DNA of 64,000 nucleotides from assembly GCA_965248695.1 (NCBI GenBank), contig CBDFKD010000002.1, forward strand, positions 5,440,001 through 5,504,000, read 5' to 3'. The notes under the pieces are model-generated. The model had not been told where the DNA came from and made no database searches. It saw only the letters and a program-made list of their open reading frames with translations. The stretch comes from Acidobacteriota bacterium. Its GTDB lineage: Bacteria > Acidobacteriota > UBA890 > WLXD01. Shown here one piece after another: positions 1-8,878 of this stretch (positions are counted from its first letter, which is position 1; every line of letters begins with the position of its first letter). The position numbers and the translations under genes are program-made.

Positions 1-47
1 CGCAGCGTGGCGGCGCTGGCGATCTCGAAATCGGCGGGGACACTCAT
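1..47 (-). CDS. fhs: 5' end of a probable formate--tetrahydrofolate ligase (runs off the window edge)
   Basis: Reverse strand reads MSVPADFEIASAATL, resembling the Fhs N-terminal S/A-D-x-E-I-A pattern; only 15 codons are visible. Confidence 0.5.
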   Translation of the reverse strand, partial: MSVPADFEIASAATL

Positions 48-258
48 AGGCTCTGGGTCCTGTCGGGTTCGCGTTTCGTAGGTCGGTGAGCGGGAGCCGG
101 TCTATTCTAGGGAAGCCGCCAGCGTGGCGCACACCACCGCGTCGGGACCGAGCCAAGCTGGTGGCCCGGAGCTCCGCTGCCCGGATTGTCTGGGGCGATC
201 GTCAGACTGCTAAACTGCCTCGCAAACGAGGATCCTGACCCGCTCTTCGGTTGGCTCC

Positions 259-885
259 ATGGCGATCCACTACGTCCAGATCGAGCCCCGGCACGCGGCC
301 GCCTGCGCCGCGATCGAACGCCGCGCCTTCCCTGGCCTCAGCGGCTACGATCTGCTCACCGAGGAGGACATTCGCTTCTATTGCGACGTCTTTCCAGATG
401 GGGGCTTCGTCGCCCTCGATGGGGGAGAACCGGTAGGCATGGGGCTCGGGATCTTTCTCGATGTCGATCTCGACGACGCGGCCCACTCACTCGAGGACCT
501 CGCCGGCGAGCACCAGTGCGCCAACCATGACCCGGATGGCGACTGGTACTACGGAATCGACATCAGCGTGCTGCCCGAAGCTCGTGGGCGCGGCATCGGT
601 AGCGAGCTCTACCGACTCCGCAAGAACGTCGTTCGGAAAACCAACCGGCGCGGGATCGTGGCCGGCGGCGTCATTCCGGGCTACGCTGATCACATCGACT
701 CGATGAGCGCCGATGAGTACATCCGGCGAGTCTCGGCCGGCGAGCTACACGATCCGACCCTGTCCTTTCAGATCGCCCGCGGCTTCCGGGCTCAGGCGGC
801 AATCCCCGACTACATGGGGGACGCGACGGTCGGCAACTGGGCCGTACTGATCGTGTGGGACAACCCTGATTATCGCTCGCTTTGA
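259..885 (+). CDS. GNAT family N-acetyltransferase
   Basis: Acetyl-CoA motif ISVLPEARGRGIGSELY, plus GGVIPGY and DPTLSFQ segments typical of the nitrilase-associated GNAT group. Confidence 0.85.
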   Translation: MAIHYVQIEPRHAAACAAIERRAFPGLSGYDLLTEEDIRFYCDVFPDGGFVALDGGEPVGMGLGIFLDVDLDDAAHSLEDLAGEHQCANHDPDGDWYYGIDISVLPEARGRGIGSELYRLRKNVVRKTNRRGIVAGGVIPGYADHIDSMSADEYIRRVSAGELHDPTLSFQIARGFRAQAAIPDYMGDATVGNWAVLIVWDNPDYRSL

Positions 886-891
886 GCTACA

Positions 892-2547
892 TTAGCGACG
901 TGGGGAACCATCTACGGAGAGGTAGCCCTGGCGTCGCAGCACGATTCCAGCCCGCTCGTCGGTCGGCTCGCCATCCCGCAGCGCCAGCCGTCCGTTGACC
1001 GCGACATGCACTAGCCCCTCCGAGTACTGGTGAGGTTCAGTGTAGGTGGCGCGGTCGGTGATCCGCTCGAGATCGAAAACCACGAGGTCGCTGAACGCGC
1101 CGGCCCGGATGACGCCGCGGTCGGCAATTCGAAAGACGGCCGCCGGCAGGCTGGTCATGCTACGGATCGCCGCCGGCAGCGTCACGAATCCCTCATCGAT
1201 CGCATACTTCCTGATCTTGCGCGGATACGTGCCATAGGAGCGGGGATGCGGCCTGCCCACGCCGAACGGCGGCAACCCGCCATCGGAAGAGGTCATCGTC
1301 CATGGTTGCACCATCAGGCGGCGCAGGTCATCGGTGTGCATGTTGAACGAGATCACCGAGCCCGGTAGGCCGCCGCTGATGATCTCGATCGCCACGTCGA
1401 CCGGGTGCTCGCCCTGCTGATCGGCCAGCGACTGCAGCGTACGCCCTTCCATGTCCGGGCCACCGCCGGTGAACTGGATCCGATCTGCGCCGCCGCGGCG
1501 CGCCAGGTTGTCGATCATCGCCTCTCGGATCCGCGCCCGGGTATCTCGATCGGCGAATCGCCGCTCCTGCTCTTCGCTGCCACCGGCCTGCGACCAGCGC
1601 GGCAGGAGCGCTGCGGACAACCCCGTGCTCGAGGCCTCATAGGGGTACTGGTCGGCGTACATCTCCACACCCTCGGCTCGCGCCGCCTCGATTCGCTCGA
1701 CCATGATCTCCGATTCGCCCCAGGCGTTGGGACCGAGCGCCTTGATGTGGGTCACGACACCCGGGATGGCCGCCTCGCGCGCCACCCGGATGACCTCGTC
1801 CACCGCAGCGACGACGCCGATTGTGTAGTCGGCCTCATCGCGAATATGCGCCGCGTAGACGCCGCCTGAGGCGGCGACGACCTGCGCCAACTCGATCACC
1901 TCTTCGAGCTCCGCGTAGCTGCCAGGCGTGTAGAACAAACCGCTGGAGAGGCCGAACGCTCCCGCCTCCATGGCGGCGCTGACGATCGATCTCATGCGAC
2001 CCAGCTCCACCGCCGTGGGCGCCCGATCGGCCATCCCGAGCACCTCCCCGCGCACGCTCCCGTGTCCAATCATCTGGGCGACGTTGACTCCTGAGCCGTG
2101 AGCCATCAGGGCGTCGCGCTGCGCCTCGACGTCGACATCGCCACCGCCATCCGGATTGATCACCACCGTGGTCAGACCCTGGTACAGGAGCGTCGCAGCG
2201 CCGCTGCGCTCTTCGCTAGCCAGACCGGCGGCGGCATGTGAATGGGCGTCGATGAAGCCCGGTGCCACGTAGAGACCGGTGGCGTCGATCTCGATAGCGG
2301 CGGTAGCGGCGGACAGGTCGCCGACGGCGACAATGCGCTCACCGCGAACGCCGATATCCACCCGCCTCCAGGGATTGCCGCTGCCATCGAACACGCGACC
2401 ACCACGAATCAACAGACCCAGCGAGTCTCTGCTCTGGGGCAACTCGAGCGGCGCCCCGCCGACAACCGCGGCATCGCCGACTGCGAGCAGCAGACAACCC
2501 AGTATCGAGAGACCGATCTGTCGCCGGCGTGCGGCTCGAGCGGCCAC
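892..2547 (-). CDS. N-acyl-D-amino-acid deacylase family amidohydrolase, with signal peptide
   Basis: APGFIDAHSH, GLSSGLFYTPG, HIRDE, HPRSYGTYPR and GAFSDLVVFD motifs; hydrophobic N-terminus. Confidence 0.88.
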   Translation of the reverse strand: MAARAARRRQIGLSILGCLLLAVGDAAVVGGAPLELPQSRDSLGLLIRGGRVFDGSGNPWRRVDIGVRGERIVAVGDLSAATAAIEIDATGLYVAPGFIDAHSHAAAGLASEERSGAATLLYQGLTTVVINPDGGGDVDVEAQRDALMAHGSGVNVAQMIGHGSVRGEVLGMADRAPTAVELGRMRSIVSAAMEAGAFGLSSGLFYTPGSYAELEEVIELAQVVAASGGVYAAHIRDEADYTIGVVAAVDEVIRVAREAAIPGVVTHIKALGPNAWGESEIMVERIEAARAEGVEMYADQYPYEASSTGLSAALLPRWSQAGGSEEQERRFADRDTRARIREAMIDNLARRGGADRIQFTGGGPDMEGRTLQSLADQQGEHPVDVAIEIISGGLPGSVISFNMHTDDLRRLMVQPWTMTSSDGGLPPFGVGRPHPRSYGTYPRKIRKYAIDEGFVTLPAAIRSMTSLPAAVFRIADRGVIRAGAFSDLVVFDLERITDRATYTEPHQYSEGLVHVAVNGRLALRDGEPTDERAGIVLRRQGYLSVDGSPRR

Positions 2548-2548
2548 G

Positions 2549-4165
2549 CTACTGCGGCAGCCCTTCGCCGGGCAGGGGCGGCGTGTGCACCGGATCGCGG
2601 CGCGCGCTGGTCAATTGCTCGAAGGCGTAGCCCAGCGCCAGCAGCTTGGCCTCGGTGAAGGCCGTGCCCATGAACGACAGGTTCACCGGCAAGCGGTTGC
2701 TGGTGAACCCCGCCGGCACGCTGAGGTCCGGGAACCCCGTGAGGTTGGCGATGTTGGTCACCGACCTGCCGCCGCCGCCGCTGCTGCCTTCCACCAGGCC
2801 CGGCCGCGTCGGCCGCGTCGGGTAGACGATGGCGTCGAGCTCGGCTTCGGCGAACGCGCCTTCGACCATGGTGCGCACCATGGCCAGGCCGTGATCTTTG
2901 ACGGCGAGATACTCGCTGTCGGTCACCTCGCCGCTCTCCTCTTCCCGCTGCATGAGCGCCCAACGCGTCGGGTTCGGCTGCGCCCCGTATTCCGTTCGCG
3001 ATGTGATCTTCTGCGAGCGCTCGATGAGCTCCGCGAGCGACTTCGGGTATTCCTCTCCCAACGTGCTCAGGTACTCGGCGATTTGCACCCTGAACTCACG
3101 CCAGCGGATCGTCGTGTACATATCGCCGCGGGCTGCCAACAGCCAGGCGGGGAACGTCACATCGACGACCTCCGCACCGGCATCGCGGAGCGCCTGCAGC
3201 GACGCCTCGACAACCCAGTCGACCTCCTGATCCTGGCCCAAGAAGTCGCGCGCGATACCCACCCTGGCTCCTTCCAACGCCTGCGGATCGAGCGCCGCCG
3301 TGTAGTCCCCGGTGACCTTGCCGACGCTCTTGAGCGTCGAGTCGTCATCGGGATCGACGCCAGTCATGACGCTGAGCATGGCGGCGACGTCATGGACGTG
3401 CCTGCCCATCGGACCCGCGGTGTCAAACGACAGCCCGAGCGGCACGATCCCATCGCGACTGAGGAGACCGTGGGTGGTCTTGAGCCCGACGATTCCGTTC
3501 GCGGCGGAGGGGCCGCGAACCGAGCCGCCGGTGTCGGTGCCGATGCCGACCTGCCCGAATCCCGCCGCGATGGAAACGCCGGTGCCCCCAGAGGAACCCG
3601 ACGGGGTGCGCGTCAGGCTGTGCGGGTTGAGGGTGTAGCCACCGATCGAGCTCATCGGCACGCCCGAGGCGAACTCGCTCATGTTCACCTTCGCCAGGAT
3701 GATCGCGCCAGCGGCCCGCAGCTTCTGCACGATGAAGGCATCGTCCGGTGGAATCGACCCGGCTAGCAGCACCGACCCAGCGGTGGTCGGCATGTCATGG
3801 GTATCGACGTTGTCTTTCAGCACCACAGGAATCCCGTGCATTGGCGAGCGCGGGCCGGTCTCGCGGCGCTCACGATCGAGCGCTCGTGCCGTCTCGAGCG
3901 CGTCCCGATTCGGCCATAGGATGGCGTTGAGCTCCGGGCCACCGGTGTCGTAGGCCTCGATTCTCGCCAGGTACTGCTGCACCAGCGCCTCCGCGGTGAG
4001 CGTACCGGCGTCGAAAGCGGCGTTGATGTCGGCGACGGAAGCCGCCGAGAGGCTGAGCGTCTGCGCCGTTGCTGTCGCGGGCACGTTGAGCCCGATCGAA
4101 AGGGCCGCCAGCGTCGCGATCGACAGCGCCGAGCGGCCGCGGGCGGAAATGTAGCGTGGTCGCAT
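2549..4165 (-). CDS. Amidase-signature family protein, secreted
   Basis: LKDN, SGSSGG and GTDTGGSVRGP give an intact Lys-Ser-Ser triad; signal peptide ending ATA-Q. Confidence 0.9.
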   Translation of the reverse strand: MRPRYISARGRSALSIATLAALSIGLNVPATATAQTLSLSAASVADINAAFDAGTLTAEALVQQYLARIEAYDTGGPELNAILWPNRDALETARALDRERRETGPRSPMHGIPVVLKDNVDTHDMPTTAGSVLLAGSIPPDDAFIVQKLRAAGAIILAKVNMSEFASGVPMSSIGGYTLNPHSLTRTPSGSSGGTGVSIAAGFGQVGIGTDTGGSVRGPSAANGIVGLKTTHGLLSRDGIVPLGLSFDTAGPMGRHVHDVAAMLSVMTGVDPDDDSTLKSVGKVTGDYTAALDPQALEGARVGIARDFLGQDQEVDWVVEASLQALRDAGAEVVDVTFPAWLLAARGDMYTTIRWREFRVQIAEYLSTLGEEYPKSLAELIERSQKITSRTEYGAQPNPTRWALMQREEESGEVTDSEYLAVKDHGLAMVRTMVEGAFAEAELDAIVYPTRPTRPGLVEGSSGGGGRSVTNIANLTGFPDLSVPAGFTSNRLPVNLSFMGTAFTEAKLLALGYAFEQLTSARRDPVHTPPLPGEGLPQ

Positions 4166-4201
4166 TAGGGTTCTCCCGTGGAGTGCGTGGCGAGACCGGT
4201 T

Positions 4202-4634
4202 TTACAGCGAATCCGGCGTGGTTGCCAGACTGCGCACTTCCACCTGTGGCTCCAGATCCGTCCTGCACAGCGCATGCAGAAAGCAGGTCTGTTCGCTCAT
4301 ATCCAGCGCGGTGCGCGCAAACTCGTCGTCGTTTGGGCTTTCCAAGTAGACGCGCGTCTCTACGGCATCGGCGGTTGCATCGCCGCCGACCTCACAGTTG
4401 GCCGATGCCGACGACATGTAGGTGTCCTGGACGACGCGGCAGTCGCCGAGCGTACGCCTGGCGATCTCGGCATAGCGCCCAAACTGAGTCATGAAGCAGA
4501 ACGCGACGCCGGCGGAGAGATAGCTGGCAGCGTCCGGCGCCCGGCCAGCGCTCCCGCCCAGGCCGCCAGCCCCCGGCGGCGCGTCGGACAGAAACCGGAA
4601 GCTCGACCCGATAGGAGCCAGCAGCGTCTGGTCG
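4202..4634 (-). pseudogene. OsmC-like protein, 5' part removed at the IS boundary
   Basis: The frame is open from the IS edge (DQTLLAPIGSSFRFLSD...APDAASYLSAGVAFCFMTQFGRYA...SEQTCFLHALC) and has the two OsmC-type Cys; no start codon before the IS. Confidence 0.65.
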
Positions 4635-4700
4635 TGACCTGACCCCCGAAAACGGATCCGGATGTAATCTCACGATCTGGGTCAAGAACGGGAGGTCAGA

Positions 4701-4979
4701 ATGCCGAGTAAGAGGCACAGCGCCGAGCAGATCGTACGCAAGCTCCGGGAGGCTGAGGTGGAGCTGGCTCGAGGGGCGACGGTCAAGGATGCCTGCCGCA
4801 AGCTAGCAATCACCGAGCACACCTACTACCGGTGGCGGCGAGAGTACGGCGGACTGAAGCTCAACCAGGCCAGAAAGCTCAAGCAACTGGAGAAGGAGAA
4901 TGCCCGGCTCAAGAGGCTGGTGGCGGAAAAGGAACTCGACCTGTCGATCCTGAAGGAAGTGGCGGAGGGAAACTTCTGA
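4701..4979 (+). CDS. IS3 transposase OrfA (HTH)
   Basis: MPSKRHSAEQIVRKLREAE...TYYRWRREYGGL...LEKENARLKRLVA. Confidence 0.95.
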   Translation: MPSKRHSAEQIVRKLREAEVELARGATVKDACRKLAITEHTYYRWRREYGGLKLNQARKLKQLEKENARLKRLVAEKELDLSILKEVAEGNF

Positions 4980-5860
4980 GCCCAGCTCGGCGGCGAGAGG
5001 CGGTGGCACATGTACGGGGGCGGCTGGGCGTCTCGGAGAGGCGGGCGTGTCGGGTACTGAAACAACCACGCACGACACACCGGTACGTGCCAAGAGAGCC
5101 GCAACAGGAGCAGATTTTGACGGAGCGGATCGTGGATTTAGCCCGACAGTACGGGCGCTACGGATATCGGAGGGTGACAGCGTTGCTGCGCATGGAGGGC
5201 TGGTCCGTGAACCACAAACGAGTGCAGCGTATCTGGCGGCGCGAAGGGCTGAAAGTACCGAGAAAACAGCCCAAACGAGCACGGCTGTGGCTGAGCGATG
5301 GCTCCTGCATCCGGCTGCGCCCACAGCACCGGGATCATGTCTGGGCGTATGACTTCCTGCACCACCGGACGCACGACGGTCGGGCTATGAGGCTGCTGAC
5401 GATCGTCGATGAGTACACACGAGAAAGCCTGGCGATCCATGTAGCACGGAAGCTCAACTCTGAGGACGTGCTGGAGCAGCTCGGGAGGTTGTTCGTACAC
5501 CGGGGCATACCTGAGCACATCCGGTCGGATAACGGACCAGAGTTCACCGCCGAGGCGGTTCGCGACTGGCTGGGCCGGTTGGGCGTGGGGACGCTGTTCA
5601 TCGAGCCGGGCTCGCCGTGGGAGAACGGTTACGTGGAGAGCTTCAACGGCAAGCTACGCGACGAGCTGCTGGATGGAGAGATCTTCTACACGCTCAAGGA
5701 GGCAAAGGTTCTGATCGAGAGATGGCGTCAGCACTACAACCGCATGCGACCGCACAGCTCGCTGAGCTATCGGCCGCCCGCACCCGAAGCGACGTTGTTG
5801 AAGCCGGCTGCGCTCCGCTTCGCCGGCCTCAACAACCTCTTGTCAGCACCGAGTTACTGA
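4967..5860 (+). CDS. IS3 transposase OrfB (DDE core), expressed via a -1 frameshift
   Basis: VWAYDF, IRSDNGPEF and SPWENGYVESFNG motifs; slippery heptamer GGGAAAC at 4967-4973 in the orfA/orfB overlap. Confidence 0.93.
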   Translation, partial: GKLLSPARRREAVAHVRGRLGVSERRACRVLKQPRTTHRYVPREPQQEQILTERIVDLARQYGRYGYRRVTALLRMEGWSVNHKRVQRIWRREGLKVPRKQPKRARLWLSDGSCIRLRPQHRDHVWAYDFLHHRTHDGRAMRLLTIVDEYTRESLAIHVARKLNSEDVLEQLGRLFVHRGIPEHIRSDNGPEFTAEAVRDWLGRLGVGTLFIEPGSPWENGYVESFNGKLRDELLDGEIFYTLKEAKVLIERWRQHYNRMRPHSSLSYRPPAPEATLLKPAALRFAGLNNLLSAPSY

Positions 5861-5886
5861 GATAAGACATGGTACTAACCGCGGGG

Positions 5887-6360
5887 TCAGGTCAGCTTCG
5901 CCAGGCCGAAGTCCAACACCTTGGCGTGGCCTTGTCTGGTGACGAAGATGTTCTCCGGTTTCAGGTCACGGTGGATGATCCCGGCAGCGTGAGCCGCAGC
6001 GAGTGCCTCGGCGATCTCGGTTGCCAATCCGAGCGCCTTCTTGAGCGGCAGCGCACCCTTCTGTAGCGGTTCCCGCAGCGTGTCTCCTTCCAGGTACTCC
6101 TGCACCATGAAGTGGGTGCCATCCTCGACGCCCACGTCATGTACGGCTGCGATGTGCGGATGGTTCAGAGCGGCAGCAGCACGGGCCTCCTGCTCGAAGC
6201 GGGCGAGGCGCTCGGGGTCAGAGGCAAACTCGGCGGGCAACACCTTGATAGCCACCTTGCGGCCCAGGCGTGTGTCCTGCGCCAGGTACACCTCTCCCAT
6301 ACCGCCAGCACCGAGCTGCTCGGTGATCTCGTAGGGGCCTAGTTTGGTGCCGGGTTCCAT
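5887..6360 (-). pseudogene. Hanks-type Ser/Thr protein kinase, truncated by the IS right after the DFG motif
   Basis: [24 protein letters not shown] and DFGLAK are present; the frame then runs into the IS end and stops, so subdomains VIII-XI are absent. Confidence 0.9.
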
Positions 6361-6622
6361 GACGCTACCAGAGGGGGGAAAGTGAGCGCCTGAAGCCTAT
6401 CGTCGGAGTGGACGAGGGTCCAAGGGAGCCGGGCCCTTACTAGCGCTGAATGGCCATACGGGAGCCTGTCGGCCGACCTATATATGCGGAGGCGCTTCCG
6501 CCACCCAGACGCTCGTTCGCAGCCTAGTTCGCCCCGGACAGGGACAAAAAGGGGACAATCGGGCCGATTCGGTCGAATCGCGCCGATCCACTGATCCCCC
6601 CAAGTCCTTGAATTTAAACAAG

Positions 6623-6705
6623 TGCCGGGGCTGGGACTCGAACCCAGACGGCCTAGGGCCAGCGGATTTTAAGTCCGCCGCGTCTGCCAATTTCGCCACC
6701 CCGGC
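6623..6705 (-). tRNA. tRNA-Leu (anticodon TAA); CCA not encoded
   Basis: GCCGGGGTGGCGAAATTGGCAGACGCGGCGGACTTAAAATCCGC...GGGTTCGAGTCCCAGCCCCGGCA, with a long variable arm. Confidence 0.95.
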
Positions 6706-6854
6706 ATGATCTATTAATCGTCCAATATCAGTACTAGATTCCTGATGGTGCTGATGTCGGACACGATGTACGTGAGTGGTCAAGAGCGCGCCTGTACTTC
6801 ACCGATCTGTTACAGGTTCTGCGCGTAAGTCAGCAAATCGAGAAACAGCACACG

Positions 6855-7766
6855 ATGACGAAACTCCTGCGCGAGCCGCTGTTGCATTTCCTGCTGTTGG
6901 GAGCGGCGATGTTCGGTGCTTACCAGTTGGTCTCCGATGCCCGATTCTCCGGCAACCAGCCTCTGGAAGAAATCGTCATCACGGAGGGCCACATCGATGC
7001 GCTGATTCTGGAATTCGAGAGCGTCTGGCAACGCCCGCCCACCGAACAGGAACTGGATGGCCTGGTACAGGCCCACATTCGTGAAGAGGTCATGTACCGC
7101 GAGGCGCTGGCTATGAGCCTCGATCGTGACGACACCATCATCCGGCGGCGTTTGCAACAGAAGCTGGCGTTTCTAACCGAAGATATCGCCAGCCTGGAGG
7201 AGCCCACCGAGGCCGAACTGGAGGCGTTTCTGGCAACAAATCAGGAACGCTTCCGTGAGCAGACTCGCTTCAGTTTCGAGCAGGTCTATTTCAATGTCAG
7301 CGAGCGTGGCCCCTCGGCTGGGGCAGACGCAGAATTGCTGTTAGCTGAACTGAGAACGCCTAGTGCTACGGGGCCTGGTGAAGACTCCGATTCCAGTGTC
7401 GATACGGCGCTACTGGGCGATCAATTATTGCTGTCGCAGTTCAACGAGGCCTATGAGCGCGAGGTACTGCGTGCCATGGGAAGCCAGTTTCTAGAGGGAC
7501 TTCAATCCTTGCCAGTTGGCAGCTGGCAGGGACCCATTGAATCCGGCTTTGGCCTACACCTGGTCAAGCTCAGTGAACGGATTGAAGGCATCGTTCCTCC
7601 GCTTGGGGATATTCGCGACCTCGTGTCACGGGATTGGATCTCCGCGAAACGCGAACAGACCAACGAAGCTTCCTATGCCGCCTTGCGTGAGCGCTATGTT
7701 GTGACGCTTGCCGAACCGACTGCATCCGACTCGAGCACTGTCGCCGCACGGTCCCGCGAGAATTAG
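6855..7766 (+). CDS. PpiC/parvulin-type peptidyl-prolyl isomerase domain protein
   Basis: LLREPLLHFLLLG N-terminus, REEVMYREALAMSLDRDDTIIRRRL, and WQGPIESGFGLHLV. Confidence 0.85.
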   Translation: MTKLLREPLLHFLLLGAAMFGAYQLVSDARFSGNQPLEEIVITEGHIDALILEFESVWQRPPTEQELDGLVQAHIREEVMYREALAMSLDRDDTIIRRRLQQKLAFLTEDIASLEEPTEAELEAFLATNQERFREQTRFSFEQVYFNVSERGPSAGADAELLLAELRTPSATGPGEDSDSSVDTALLGDQLLLSQFNEAYEREVLRAMGSQFLEGLQSLPVGSWQGPIESGFGLHLVKLSERIEGIVPPLGDIRDLVSRDWISAKREQTNEASYAALRERYVVTLAEPTASDSSTVAARSREN

Positions 7767-7779
7767 GCAGTGGCTGACG

Positions 7780-8820
7780 ATGAATAGATCCCTGCTCGTC
7801 GCCTTGCTCATGCTGCTGTCCGTTGGAACGGTGCAGGCAGACGAGTACCGCCCGGCATTTCTGGAGCTGCGGCAGTCCAGTGACGAAGTCTTCGAGGTGT
7901 TGTGGAAGGTGCCGGCCGTGGGTGATCGACCTCTAGGCCTCCATGTGAGATTCCCGGCCGATGTCGACACGGTCAGTACCGTACGCGCTTCTATGATCGG
8001 CAGCGCCTACATCGAGCGCTATTCGATCAGTAGGAGTGGTGGCCTGGCCGGCTCAGAAATTGCGATCGAAGGCTTATCTGCGGCATCTACCGAGGTGCTG
8101 GTGCGCATCGAACGGCTGGACGGCACCACCATCGTTGCCCGACTGCTCGCTGCCAATCCTTCCTTCGTAGTGGGCGAATCTCTATCGCGCTTGGAGGTGG
8201 CACGGACCTACACGGTGTTCGGGATCGAACACATCTTGGGTGGGATGGATCATTTGCTGTTTATCGCCTGCCTGGTGCTGATCGCAGGCACCGGGCACCG
8301 CATCCTGATCACCATCACCGGCTTTACTCTTGCTCATTCCATTACCCTGACGCTGGCCGCCCTGGGCTTGGTGCGGTTGCCGATACCTCCAATCGAGGCG
8401 GTCATCGCACTCTCTATCGTGTTCCTGGCGCGAGAGATCGCGCTGCAGCGGCGCGACACGCTGACCTGGCGTTATCCCATCGCGGTGTCGGCATCGTTCG
8501 GTTTGTTACATGGTTTCGGTTTTGCCACAGCGTTGAGTGAGGTCGGGCTTCCGCAGACGGAAGTTCCAGCCGCGCTGCTGGCGTTCAATGTCGGCGTCGA
8601 AATTGGTCAGATTCTGTTTGTCGGGGTGATCATCGCGACTGTCTGGGTCATCACGTCGATACTAGGAACGTTGGGCTTTATTGGCACGGCCAACTCGAGA
8701 CAGGTTGCGGAACTCGAGCCGCTCGACTGGCTGCGACGAATTGAAAAGCCGCTGGCTTATACCGTCGGTGGCATCACGAGTATCTGGACCGTGGAACGCA
8801 TCATGGTTTTCTGGAGCTAA
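7780..8820 (+). CDS. HupE/UreJ family membrane protein with N-terminal periplasmic domain
   Basis: GIEHILGGMDHLLF, TGFTLAHSITL, FGLLHGFGFA and AFNVGVEIGQ; ATG at 7780 is followed by a signal peptide. Confidence 0.88.
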   Translation: MNRSLLVALLMLLSVGTVQADEYRPAFLELRQSSDEVFEVLWKVPAVGDRPLGLHVRFPADVDTVSTVRASMIGSAYIERYSISRSGGLAGSEIAIEGLSAASTEVLVRIERLDGTTIVARLLAANPSFVVGESLSRLEVARTYTVFGIEHILGGMDHLLFIACLVLIAGTGHRILITITGFTLAHSITLTLAALGLVRLPIPPIEAVIALSIVFLAREIALQRRDTLTWRYPIAVSASFGLLHGFGFATALSEVGLPQTEVPAALLAFNVGVEIGQILFVGVIIATVWVITSILGTLGFIGTANSRQVAELEPLDWLRRIEKPLAYTVGGITSIWTVERIMVFWS

Positions 8821-8878
8821 CGTACAACGAATGAAACACGAAGATTCGAACTCCATCAATCGGATTCAGGCGGACGAT

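Larger units (their letters stand above)
4635..5894 (+). mobile_element. IS3-family insertion sequence (IS407-like group), 1260 bp
   Basis: TG...CA ends with a perfect 12-bp inverted repeat TGACCTGACCCC (4635-4646 / 5883-5894); orfA/orfB organisation; no flanking target duplication. Confidence 0.95.
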
